This document shows positions 35,476 through 47,390 of a DNA stretch of 64,000 bases, piece by piece (position 1 is the first letter of the stretch; every line of letters begins with the position of its first letter). The stretch is from Epiperipatus broadwayi. Lineage: Eukaryota > Animalia > Onychophora. A model generated the notes under the pieces. That model ran no database searches. It was not told where the DNA came from and worked only from the letters and a program-made list of their open reading frames with translations. Location of the stretch: positions 23,746,001-23,810,000 of the forward strand of contig JAQFVV010000004.1 in NCBI GenBank assembly GCA_028023455.1, in the 5' to 3' direction. Position numbers and translations under genes: made by a program.

Positions 35476-37197
35476 TAGGCATACTCAAAAACACCTACTT
35501 GAGATACACCCTTAAAGATTTCCAGTGTGTGATGCAACCACTTGGCAAAGTTATAACATTTCACCTCATATATTTTAAGGATAATCCTATACCCATCCCA
35601 AGTAACAGCTATGATTTCAAATTACAACTGCATCATGGTAGAGATCCAAACATAATTACAACACAAATCCTTGATCAAAAAGCTACCTTATGTCTATATA
35701 TCAGAGGATTAAAACCCCAGTGCTACTCCTGTTACCAGGGGTCATTTAGCAGTGCAAGGTATTAATCTCCAAGCTTCATCTTCAGGAAAAGCAGCTAATC
35801 ACTTAAATCCCAAGTCAGCAAAGAAGAACCAATAGCAAATCTTTCCATGATTACATCCATAAATAGCAAAGAGTCTATCCATGGACATACTACCTATCCT
35901 ATGTATTCATCCACACTTAACCTTACTCTACTACATACTGATTTGACACTCCATGGAGTAGATAATGATAATTGTTCCAACTTAATTAATATACAAACAA
36001 TCCATGACTCAGATAATATTGTTTCTGAAACTTCTCCCAATGCAACAATCAAAGACAACACTGTCTCAAATAATAGTACCCCAGAAGCTCTTATTTATAA
36101 TCATACACATAAAAATGATCAGACTATTCAGAATAAAATTTCAACACATATCATGGCAACAATTTTTCCATGTTACCACCAATACCAACTATCTACCCCC
36201 TTGCCCCCAAAATTATTACTGAAACAAAATGAAAGGCAGAACTGGATGCCCCCTGAAAAAAACTTAGAAACTTAAAAAACCCAAAACAGATATGGTTGAC
36301 CTATTGATGCTGGACATGGATTCTGTAAACTAAATGCCAATCAACATCTACTGCCCATAAGCAACAAATGCATTCAACCATGACTAGTATCTGTTGACTA
36401 TAATATCTGCACAAAGATTCAAAATCCAAAGCAGCAACAATTCATTTGTTCACAAACAAGTTAAAGAGCTCTAGTTTATCATGCTCCAAAAGTACTCAAA
36501 ACTAAGCCTGACAGGAAAACAATATGGAGACAAAGCCAGCACACAAGTGGATCTCACAGACAATTTCCACACTTCAATGGAAATTTCTAGAACCTCACCT
36601 ATGTTATGGTGAAAACCCAACCATATAAAATAAACCTGGTTTGCATTTGTAGATACAGCAGTCCAGAGCATGTACAATTTATGTAATCATGTGTAAATCA
36701 ATAAAACAATTTTTATATATGTAAACTTGCAACTACAGACTGTCCATGTAACCATAGCAACCCAATATAAAAATTCCTGTAATCTTATGTAAATAAATAG
36801 ATCAACTTGCACATACATAAACCTACAACTACAGATTGCCTATGTAGCCACAGCATGCCATGTAAAACCCTTGTAACTAATCCACAGCATGAAAAAATTG
36901 TTGTAACCTCATGTAAATCAATAAATCATCTTTTACATATGTAAACCTACATCTATGGATTATTCATGTAACCACAGCAATCTCCACAATATGTAAAAAT
37001 TCTTGCAATCCATGTAAACCAATAAATCAACTTTTATATTTGCAAATCTACAATTACAAATTGTCCATGTAAACACAGCAATCTAAGCTATGTAAAACTT
37101 GTAACTCTCTAAGTCAAAGTTTATCATTAAATCATCATCATCATCACAACAATAACAACAATTAATAATAATAATAATAATAACAACAACAACAACA
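35476..37197 (+). mobile_element. Non-LTR retrotransposon relic, 3' part (CCHC knuckle, low-complexity tract, repeats, microsatellite tail)
   Basis: LYIRGLKPQCYSCYQ then, in a shifted frame, GHLAVQ (CX2CX4H knuckle). Followed by a T/N/S-rich ORF at 35847-36275 and ending in (CAT)n(AAT)n(CAA)n. No RT recognised. Confidence 0.5.
36690..37110. repeat. Tandem repeat, ~4 copies of 100-120 bp
   Basis: Recurrent ATGTAAA(T/C)(C/A)AATA...CTACA...CATGTAACCACAGCA units. Confidence 0.8.
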
Positions 37198-37329
37198 GAT
37201 ATTTACATTTGTATTACTTTTTTTTTTTACTATAATGGATTTAAGTGATATTGAATTGTTTTATTTTTTCTATTTTTTAATTAAAGGACATTTTTATTTG
37301 TATTACATATATAATGTATAATAATAATA

Positions 37330-37634
37330 CATAGATTATTAATCAAAATTATCCCAAATTCACCACTAAACCAGACTAGCCAAAGAAAATAAACTCTAAA
37401 ACACAATCAATGGTTTCACTGCTACAAGCAAACTTCTCAAATGTAAAGGTCTAAAAGAAAACAACAAATTTATACTAAATATCACCCACAATTTCATTTG
37501 CATCCTACACAATCTTAATATTAAAAAAACTTTTAAACAAGTTATTTGCTTAAGAATCATATATTTTAAATAATAAAGATTCTTGAATTCTTTTTATTTC
37601 ATTAGTATGGCCTGTATTTTTTTCATGGATATAT
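37330..37634 (-). mobile_element. Penelope-like inverted 3' arm (second locus)
   Basis: Reverse complement of ~39725-40050 (ATATCCATGAAA; AATGAAATAAAAAGAATT; TTTGGCTAGTCTGGTTTAGTGGTGAATTTGG). Confidence 0.8.
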
Positions 37635-38716
37635 CATTATTATCGTCAACCATTATCAAACCACTTCAGGATGGTCCCTACAATCCATCTTCTCTGATCT
37701 CATGCCTCTCTTTGCCACATCATCCTTACACACTTTCTTATTTCATCCATCCATCTCACATATGGTCTCTTTCTAGGTCTTTTACAATCTCTTGGAATTC
37801 AACTGCCCATCTATTATCTTCTCTTCTAGAAATATGTCCATCCCAATTTCAATCTTTTAATCCTTTCAATGATGCCAGTCACCCATGTTTGTTCTCTTAT
37901 TCATGTAGTGCATTTTCAATATCTTTTTGTTACACCTAACATGCATCTCTCCATGCCTCTTTGAATAGTCTGAAGTTTCTATATTGCTCTTCTATTAAGT
38001 GTCTAAGTCTCAGAACCATAAGTAAGAAATGGTAAAACACATTTATTAAAAACACCTAGGCATATTTCCTTTTAATATTAAGTTATTTTTACCAAAAGCA
38101 CCCCCAACTAAGTTTAATACTATGGTTAATTTGATCTATTATGCTTCCATCTGTAGTAATAGTCTGACCAACATATTTGCAGTTGTTAACTTTTTGTAAC
38201 TCATCATTATCAATCTTTATTTTATCTTTTGAGAAAATACATTGAACATTACTTTAGTCTTTTTAATATTTACCCTTAATCCTACTTTCTTACTTTTATC
38301 TGATAACTCTTGCAACATTTCCTGAAGCTCTGAAGTGTTATTTGCAAAAACAACTATATCATCTGCAAAATCTAAATGACTTAAATTATCTCAATTTACT
38401 TTAATTCCTTTAACTTCCCATTTTAATCCACAAAATATTTCTTGTAGCACTGCTGTAAAGAGTTCTGGAAATATGGAGTCACCCTGTCTTACACCCTTCT
38501 CGATGTTAATCTTCCTAGTATCATTATATAATCTAATTACTGTTATTAATTTTTATAAATATTCTTCAGAATATGACAATATCCTGGATCTATACGTTGA
38601 TGATCCAATGCTTTAATCATCGAAGAAATGCTTATAGAATCAAATATCTTTTCATAATTTACAAATCCAAAGCATAAAGGCAACTCATATTTATTGGTCC
38701 TTTCTATAACTTCCTA
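37635..38716 (-). mobile_element. RTE LINE, 5'-truncated, decayed RT
   Basis: YELPLCFGFVNYEK, IEKGVRQGDSIFPELF, HLDFADDIVVFA and a 3' end like 8098-8347. Flanked by ATATAT at 37629-37634 and 38717-38722. Confidence 0.9.
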
Positions 38717-38729
38717 ATATATAAAGTTT

Positions 38730-40050
38730 TGATAAAACAAAATACATTTTTTGAAATCATTGATATCATAATATAACTGGTACAAAAAGAGAAAGTAATT
38801 GGGTATTTGGTAGTTTGAATATTGAGAATATGTATCAATCTGTTAATAGATTAAGTAGTATTGATGATGTTCATATGTCTGTGTTAATTAAAAATGGATT
38901 TTTCAAAGAATAAGCCTAAAGTTATTAAAGATTTCCTTTTATTATTGGAGGATTCTATGTACTTTACTTATAATGGTAACTTTTAAAAAATTAGAGAGGG
39001 GTAAATAATAAATTATATAATTTTGCCTTTAATTTTTCCAGTTATTATTAAAAAGGAATGTATATTTTTAAATTTATTAGTTAGGTATGTTGATGATTGA
39101 TTCTTTGCAGATGAAAATGATAGATTGAAGGAGTTGTTAAATGAGTTTAATTGTTTTGATCCTTTTAAATATATATATTTTAGAAGGAGGGGAGTTAGAT
39201 TTTGTTGAATTAAAATTTTTAGAATTACTACATTAGGAGTAAGGAGTTAAAATCTATAATTACCTGATAGATATCAATCTGTTATAGAAATAAGAAATTA
39301 AATAATTCTAATGAAGTGACTTTGTTTCAAAAAGGTGACTTTTATAAAGATTATTTGAATGTTAGATACTCTGATAAATTTACTAAAAGTATTTTATTTA
39401 ATAGTAATTGTAATAATGTCAAGGATAAAAAAAAAAATGTGATTTTATTTCTTTGCCTTTTAAATTGTCTTCTTATAGAATTGTATGTAAAAATAGACAT
39501 TTGTTTGGAAATAACAAAACTGCTTGGAAAGGGGTTATTTCTTGGAAATAATTTATTAAATAATACAAAGAAATTTTTGATAGAAAGACTATTCCTGGAG
39601 TAGTGTATATTATCCCTTGTGTTTGTTAAAAGATATATACATAGATTAGAGTAGTCTGAGCTCAAATGAAAGAATAAAGGTATATAAAAGTAGGGTTAGA
39701 AATAAATATTCTCAGATCTGCTTTATATATCCATGAAAGAGATATATAAGCAACTGTTAATTTTAATGAGGCTAAGGTTATCTTCTTTGAAAGAAATGAA
39801 ATAAAAAGAATTAAAATTTTGATTCTGAAGCAATTAACTTATTTACAATTTCTTTTAATACTAATGGTGTGTTGGATATAAGTGGAATTGTGGGTAATAT
39901 TTAGTATAAATATGTTGTTTTCTTTTAAATCCTTTACATTTGAGAAATCTACTTGTAGCAGTGAAAAAGTTGGTTGCGTTTTAGAGTTTATTTTCTTTGG
40001 CTAGTCTGGTTTAGTGGTGAATTTGGAGTAATTTTGATTATTTTATTGAC
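38730..40050 (+). mobile_element. Penelope-like element, decayed RT + GIY-YIG (second locus)
   Basis: VRYVDD at ~39079-39096, GVVYIIPC (GIY) at ~39597, SALYIHE-like motif. G-rich, C-poor sense strand like 8410-10333. Confidence 0.7.
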
Positions 40051-42550
40051 TAGTTTAGCATTAGGCTTTTAATGTTTACAGATTATTAAGTAAATATAGG
40101 GGATTTGATTGTGAAGTACTCTTTTTATTATGATGAGATTCCAATTAAGTATTATTTCTATTATTCTTATGGTAATTAGATCTCTTTAAGTGGGTTCACA
40201 ATCAATAATATTTTTATAGTTCCAATTCACCATTTAAAATAAATAAACAGGTATGATGTTCAAAAAGTACATGAAACATATGTCAGTAGATATAATTTAA
40301 ATAGTTTCTAAAATGCATTTTAATCGGTTTATATTATTCATGTAACTAACTATAAAGGTAAAATGTAAGCATTACTCTTATTATATATATTTAATAGTAC
40401 AAAATCAAATGAATGCATGTGAATAGTTTATTTATTTAAAAACATTTTCTTTCACCCCCACCCCTCTCAACATATTACGGTTTGTTTATTTTTTAAATCA
40501 ACATCAAGATTAATTTTAGAGTTATTAATATTTTTTTAACAATTAATAAATAACATTAGATTTTTTTACAAATTAAAAATAAAATTAATGTCAATGTATT
40601 TTAAAGTATTATCACTGTCATATACTAATATGAAATTCTTTTAAATTATGGGAATCAAAATGTGTAAAATGATTTATGCTTTAACTGTGACTTATGTCAA
40701 AAAATCGTGTAAAGAAAAACTAAATAATTTATACCGTGTAGAACAAAATTACTGTTGATAAATAATTGATTTGCGTTTATAATTAAGAATTTATCTGACA
40801 TTCAAAACAATGTTCTAAATATTTAATAAAAATTATCAAATTCATATCAATGCACATATATATGTTTGCAATAGAAACTTCAGCAGATAATGATAAATAA
40901 TTTAATTTATAGTGATATATATTTTACTGAACGTTTATTTTAACAAAGAAATCTATTTTTACTAGTTAATAATTTTGAATAAATTTCACTGAGTACAGAT
41001 CAATCAGCTGTCTGCATTTCATTTTCTCTTTAATTGTGTCTTTAAAACACTGATTTGATATCATAAAATAATACTGGCATGACTGATTGATTAATTGAAG
41101 ACAAAGGAATTTACCGTGTAATACTACATGATTTGCATATTCAAAGTGAAATCTAAAACCTCTTATTACTTATCATTGACTTTTTTTTCTTTGGTGAATT
41201 TTTAGTATTATTTATCTTTTCCATTTTTTTTTTTTTAGTTTTGAGAAAATGGGAAAGGCTGGGGAAGTAGGAATTTTTTTATCGTAATACTATCCAATAC
41301 TGATTTATAAAATTAATTAAAGTATAATTTCAAATAACCTCTTTTAGTATTTGTAATTGACAGATTTGTTTTGGAATTCTTATTACATCTATACCTCATT
41401 TAGCACTTGACCTTTATGTGAGGATTTACAATAGTGATCATCATCAATTTGACACTATTTTCATTTACAATCGATTATTAACTATAACGATCATTAAAAA
41501 AATATAGAATTTTTTTTTTGCTGATGATGTCATAGAATAATTATTAGCATTATGTCATACTGAAATTGTACAGCACAGAGTTTATTCATTATACACAACA
41601 CTAGACTTGTATACAATATTTTGATTATAAACTTAAAATATAATTAATGAATGTACAGTACAGTATTTTATTTAATTTTCATCTAACATCTTTGCAAGAC
41701 AATCACTTCATTAATGATATATCCAAAGCAAAGTTTTTCATTGTTAATGATTAAAAAGCCCCCCCCCCCCAGTGTTTCATTCAGTATAATAAATAATCAA
41801 AATCATATTTTAATGACATACATCAACCAAATATATTAATATGATATTAAATTTTAAAATGTATGCATTAGCTTAAAAACAGTATACTATATTTATTTAT
41901 TTTTAAGGATTAAATTTTTTACTATTAATAAATACATTGCTTGCAGCAAAAATTAAATCATAGTATTGTAATTTAGATATGTAATTGTTATTTTGAAGGG
42001 GAAAAAAGATTCCATAATAATAAACTTTATATGATCGAAAGTTATTAAATCTAAATTAAAAATAACCACCTAAAACATTTTATTATGTTATCATATATGT
42101 ATAAATATGTAGAAATAAAAAAAAAATATATTCAGCATAAAACTGTTATGTAAGCAAAATTGCATACCAATAAACTGAAAAAGATTCATACCTTTAATAC
42201 TTATTTAAACAGTTTCTATATTTGTCTTCACAAGTACCGCCCTAATCAAACTTTTTTAGGTCATTTCAAAGGAAATGCATAAAATGAGACAGCTCATGGC
42301 AAAAAAAAAAAAAAGCCTCAGTACCATATTTGTATACAAAGTGCTGTTTATTTAGATATGCCAAGTATATAATGTAATAAAAAAAAAGCCTTGAATATTG
42401 ATTACAATATGCAAACACAGAATGCATTAGATACTTTTTTTTTTTAAAGTTAATTGCGATTAAGTTTTGAAATGTACAGAATGCTAATTTTGCTCCTCTT
42501 ACACTAATGAACAAGTCTTTATGATCAATTAAATAAGTTATTACTGAACA

Positions 42551-42655
42551 TTTTTTTTTTAAGTGTCATAGCATCAGCCGGGACGCGAACCCGCAACCTG
42601 GGCAACTGCCTGTAAGTGCAAGGCAGTCGCGCGCTGACCTCTCGACCACCAATGC
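42551..42655 (-). mobile_element. tRNA-Gly-derived SINE-like element with A-tail
   Basis: GCATTGGTGGTCGAGAGG (A box)...ACTGC/GCAGT anticodon-arm stem with enlarged loop...GGGTTCGCGTCCCGGCTGATGC (B box), then a short spacer and an A-run. No TSD found. Confidence 0.75.
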
Positions 42656-45600
42656 AAGACAATTCTAGATAATTTTATGTAACAATATAATATAGCAGGA
42701 CAAATTTGGAAAAAGTAAAATTTCAGTATGCATAAAAAAACACAAAATATTGTTAACTGTTAGTTTACTTTTATTTTTTTCACCCATTTTGCCATACTTT
42801 TGGACAATTAAAAGCCTTTCCCCCCTAGAAATTCTGTTTAAAAGTTTATAGTTACATACATTTTCAATTAGAATCATGGCTGCAACTAATATGACCTGAA
42901 ACAATTAAGAAAATCTCTGAGCTTGGAAATAAAAATGGATATCTTAAATCAACTGGAAAGAGAAGGAAATCATCTTCTATAAGTTTATCCATGTTTATCA
43001 TTGCAACTATTTTTAAAAACAAAAACCAAATAGAAAAAATGCTCAAACTATCATAGGTGTATTCAAACTTCCCAAAGTCATGAAATCATGGCATCTCATA
43101 TGTAACAGTAGCCAGGTTCAAACCCTGTTACAAGGAATTTACATAAGATCTCCCAACTGCCTAGATCAGCATGAGTCCAATAAATTGGATTCAGTGTGTG
43201 AGTATATATATAAAGAATTAGATATATATGTCAAAGAGAGAGATAAAGTTGAAAGCTTTTTTTTTATTATTTACCAAAAAAAAAAAAAAAAAGAGGGAGA
43301 AAGGTGTATATAGTTATAGTTATTTGTTTTAAAATACATTCATAAAAATATGCTAATAAATTGTGGGAATGCAGTTATACGCAAATATTTAAATTGTCTT
43401 CTTGTATTATTAATTTAGGTCAAATGTATACTTTTCTGTTGTTTTATTGTATATCACATTTTAATAAGAGTAACGAAAGAACTTTTATATGTATACCTGG
43501 AGGCAATTTTGTGTCTTTTGTTCGATTACTTAGCCACTCAAAATTTCAAAGGAATTTTAAATAAATGTATGGCAGAAAAAAAAATGTTAAAAGCATGCCT
43601 AAGAAATAGAGATCAGCATATTGATAAACTATTTTGGGAAACAAAAAGAATTGGAGAAATTAGGGAGTTAAAAAGAAAAATCAGAACAAGCAAGAGTGGT
43701 TTTTTGAACTGAACTGAAATATTAATATTTCTTGTTGCTAAATTGACTGATACAGCTATGCTCGTATTATAAAATGAAACATTAAAACAAATCCTTCAGT
43801 TAAGCATCAGGAGAAGAAAATGGATTTAGATATAGTAACTCAGACCATCGCTGCAATTGGAATGCAGGAGTAGAACAATATGTGTAAGGCCACCATCCTA
43901 AGTTCTGAATATGTAGCTGTTGCTGTTAAATGCTTGCCCCTGTAAGAACCATAGGGACCTCATCGATACACCACTAAAACAATCCAGGAAGGAAGAAAAT
44001 ATCGAATTGTGTACAATAAGAATGCCCCCAGTAAGCCATCATTATTTCTTAGATCCAAGTAATACCACAAAATGGACGTTGTTTTATTCTTCGACAGTAA
44101 AAGAATACATAAATTTCAGTTGGATTGTCAAAATCAAGCTTACGTGGAAATAAACTTATCCATATTAAAAATTCTGGATACTTCAAGGTAACTATAACTA
44201 GTTTTATTATTTTAAAAGAACTGAAAATTGTTTATCATTACTCTCTAAAGGTGCAGCCATTATGTAAAATTATACATCTTAATTTACAATGTATAAATGC
44301 ATTCCCACACATGTGTTTAATTATATGTTCTTTTATAATTTATTAATTCTATTTTTTGTCTTTTACATCATCATTGATATATAAATTATATATATATATG
44401 TTTTTCTTTCTCAATATTTAATTAGCCATAGTAATAAAATTGTCTACTTACGTTAAAACAAATTGTCTCTCATTAATGAACATATTTATCACTTATATTG
44501 GCCTAGTTTCCTTCCTGGTAGAATATCAGAATGAATGAAGTATGCTTATCAGAATAGGTGACTATGTTACATGTAATTTTAAATTCTAAACCCAGAGGGT
44601 TGATAAAGAAATAGATCGCGTATAGAGGGAATAAATGTGTAGAAATAGGGAGTTCAACAGTAGCTAATTTTAAATATGCGATCTAATTTAAGGGGTATAG
44701 AAAAGAAACCGTTACTAATAAGTAAGTTTAAACATATGCATCTTAAGTGAAGAAGTATATGAAGCAGGGAAAACTTGTTTCAACTATGCAAATTTAGCCA
44801 TTACTTCCGTTCAGCCTGATGGGTATTATTACCTCCCAGCCCTGGGATTTGAGCTAGCTAAAAGGGTAGGGCACCTAATTAGCAATAATTTTAAGATATC
44901 CTAAAAGGGAAAAGTATAATTCTTATGGTACTAATGAGATTGGTGCTTGGGGTCAGTTTATTAATTGAGCTTATAAATATACTTTTTCCGAAGAAATTGT
45001 TGTTTGTCTTTTTAAATGAAATAATGGTCACTAGGTAGATTTTTATATATATATATTTTTCTAACATATATCCTGATATAGGATGCATGGATTTTATTTC
45101 TTAAGATATATTTAAGAAATGGATTTGTATTCGAACCCAATACGGTGGATAGTAGTCAAATTCTATCTGCAGGTGTTATGGTGACTATACAGTCATAGTT
45201 TTGCATTTACTACCCTATGTGGTCAACTTTTTGATAGACATTTATATAAACAACAAAATTAATACCGGGGTTACCTGTTAAACATATGGAAAAAAAATCC
45301 AAAAAGCACATCAATAATCCATTCTAAACCTTTTCTCTAGAGATCCTCAGTGATAATCAAAAGATTTAGAAGACAACAATGGACCTTAGAATAAGCAATT
45401 CATGATTCAGAAAATTAGATAATTATTACTGATGAATGGATCACCAGAAAAAAACAACAACTTTAAGATAAATGGTTTTTAAACATAGATTTAAGTTGCA
45501 TTATAATATATATAGATTTTAAGTGCATACTTGCATAATACACATAGCACAGTTTCCATAAGCACATAATGCACATTAACATACTTTGAAAGTGATTCAG

Positions 45601-45779
45601 ATTTGATCAAAATTAATAAGTGATACTTGATATTCTATTAAGAACTGTAAAAAAAATAGCAAATATAAAAAAGCAGCAATTTCTTAATAAATTTTCTATT
45701 GACACAAGAATAAATATATGAAAAAACAAAAATATAATATTTTTTTTTAAAATGATAAATTAAGACAAAATAAATATTT

Positions 45780-47390
45780 ACAGTTTTGCAAAATGATGAC
45801 AAAGAGTTAATAATGGTATAAGAAAATACAATTGTGAAATGATAAGGAAAGACATGAAAGGAAATAAAAGTCTTAAAAGAATTAAACAACATCTTAATAT
45901 TGGAAAGAAAATTATTTCTGCATTAAGAAAAAAAAGATGGAACTTTTATTAAAAAGAGAGATTATATCATGAAATGTGGGGAAAGCCTATAAAGAAATAT
46001 ATAGCAATCAAGAACAAGGAAACAAAATTTCTTATACAGTTATTATATCTTCTGAATTGACCAGTATTTGAATTGAAGAAGTAACATATGCAATTAATTG
46101 TATCAACAGGACAGTAGCTCCAGGAAATAATGGAATTATAATTGATACCTTAAATGAAATAGGTGAAGAAATAGGAAAAAAATGTTAGCAAAGTTATATT
46201 CCAAATGTTTAAATGATAGAGTCATGCCAGATGATTGGAAGAATGCAATAGTAATATTGATATTTTAAAAAGATGACAAAGAAGATATTACTAAGATACA
46301 CAACTCATCTCCAGTAAAATTTGGATTATAATCAAACAAAAGAATATATTGGTTTTAAAGTGATTTTAACATAGTGGATCACATTAAAGTATTGAGAGAA
46401 GGACCAATGAATATGAATTGCTATTATGCTTTGCATTTGGATATTATGAAAAAGCATTTGCTTTTATAACTATTTCTAAGATATAGATAGACCACAGATA
46501 TCATATTCTAAGGAATATTTATCAGAAGTGCGACAATTATGATTAGATTACATGGTAATACTAAGAAAATTAACACTGAACAAGATGTAGATCAGAGTAA
46601 TTTTATATCTCCAAAAATTTTACAGCAATTTTATAAGTATTTTGTGAATTAAAATGGAAAACTAGAAGAGTAAAAGCAAATGGAAACTTATATGAGTTAT
46701 CTAGATTTTGCAATGATGTGGCTGTTTTTGGAAACAATGCTTCAGAGAATCAGGAAATTTTGCAAGTTATCAGATAAAAAAGATTAATATAATATCTAAT
46801 AAATTTTCTGTCAAGAAAAAAAATAAAGATAGATGATCATGAATTAGAAAAAGTTAACAACTACAAATATCCTTGTCAGATTATTAATATAGTTGAAAAA
46901 CATAATGGATAAAATCAATCATGGAATAAAACTTGGATGAAATGCTTTTGATAGAAATAATGTAATAGTAAAATGAATACATTTATGTGTTTGAAAAAAG
47001 TTTTTAGATATGTTTTTTATCAGTTTTTATTTATGGATCTGAGACTTGGAGGACCCTTAACCACTTAATGAAATATGGAGAGGTACATGTTAACAGTAAC
47101 AAAAAGAGAATAAAAAAAAAATTCATAGCTGAGAATACAAACTGATATCATTGAAAGATTTAAAAGACTAAAATGGAATTGGGATGGGCATATTACTAGA
47201 AGAAATAACATATGGATTTTAAATTGGATTCTAAAAGTTTGTAAAGGATTTATAAAGAAACAACATATGAGATAGATGGATGAAATAACAAAGCTTGCTA
47301 GTTTAATGTGGAAAATCTAGGAATTAAAATAAACTAAATTAAACTCAGTAAGATCTTCATTTTAAAGTAAACAGATAATGGCTGAAAATA
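45780..47390 (+). mobile_element. RTE LINE, heavily decayed
   Basis: Remnants of APG.NG, MPDDWKNAIVILIF, YEKAF, ISPK, NYKYP, WNWDGHI and a 3' end like the other RTE copies. Confidence 0.8.

Noticed and set aside
42870-45200. Decayed ORF1-like or LTR-like tract
   Set aside because: GC-richer with stop-riddled frames, but no diagnostic motif, termini or TSD could be supported.
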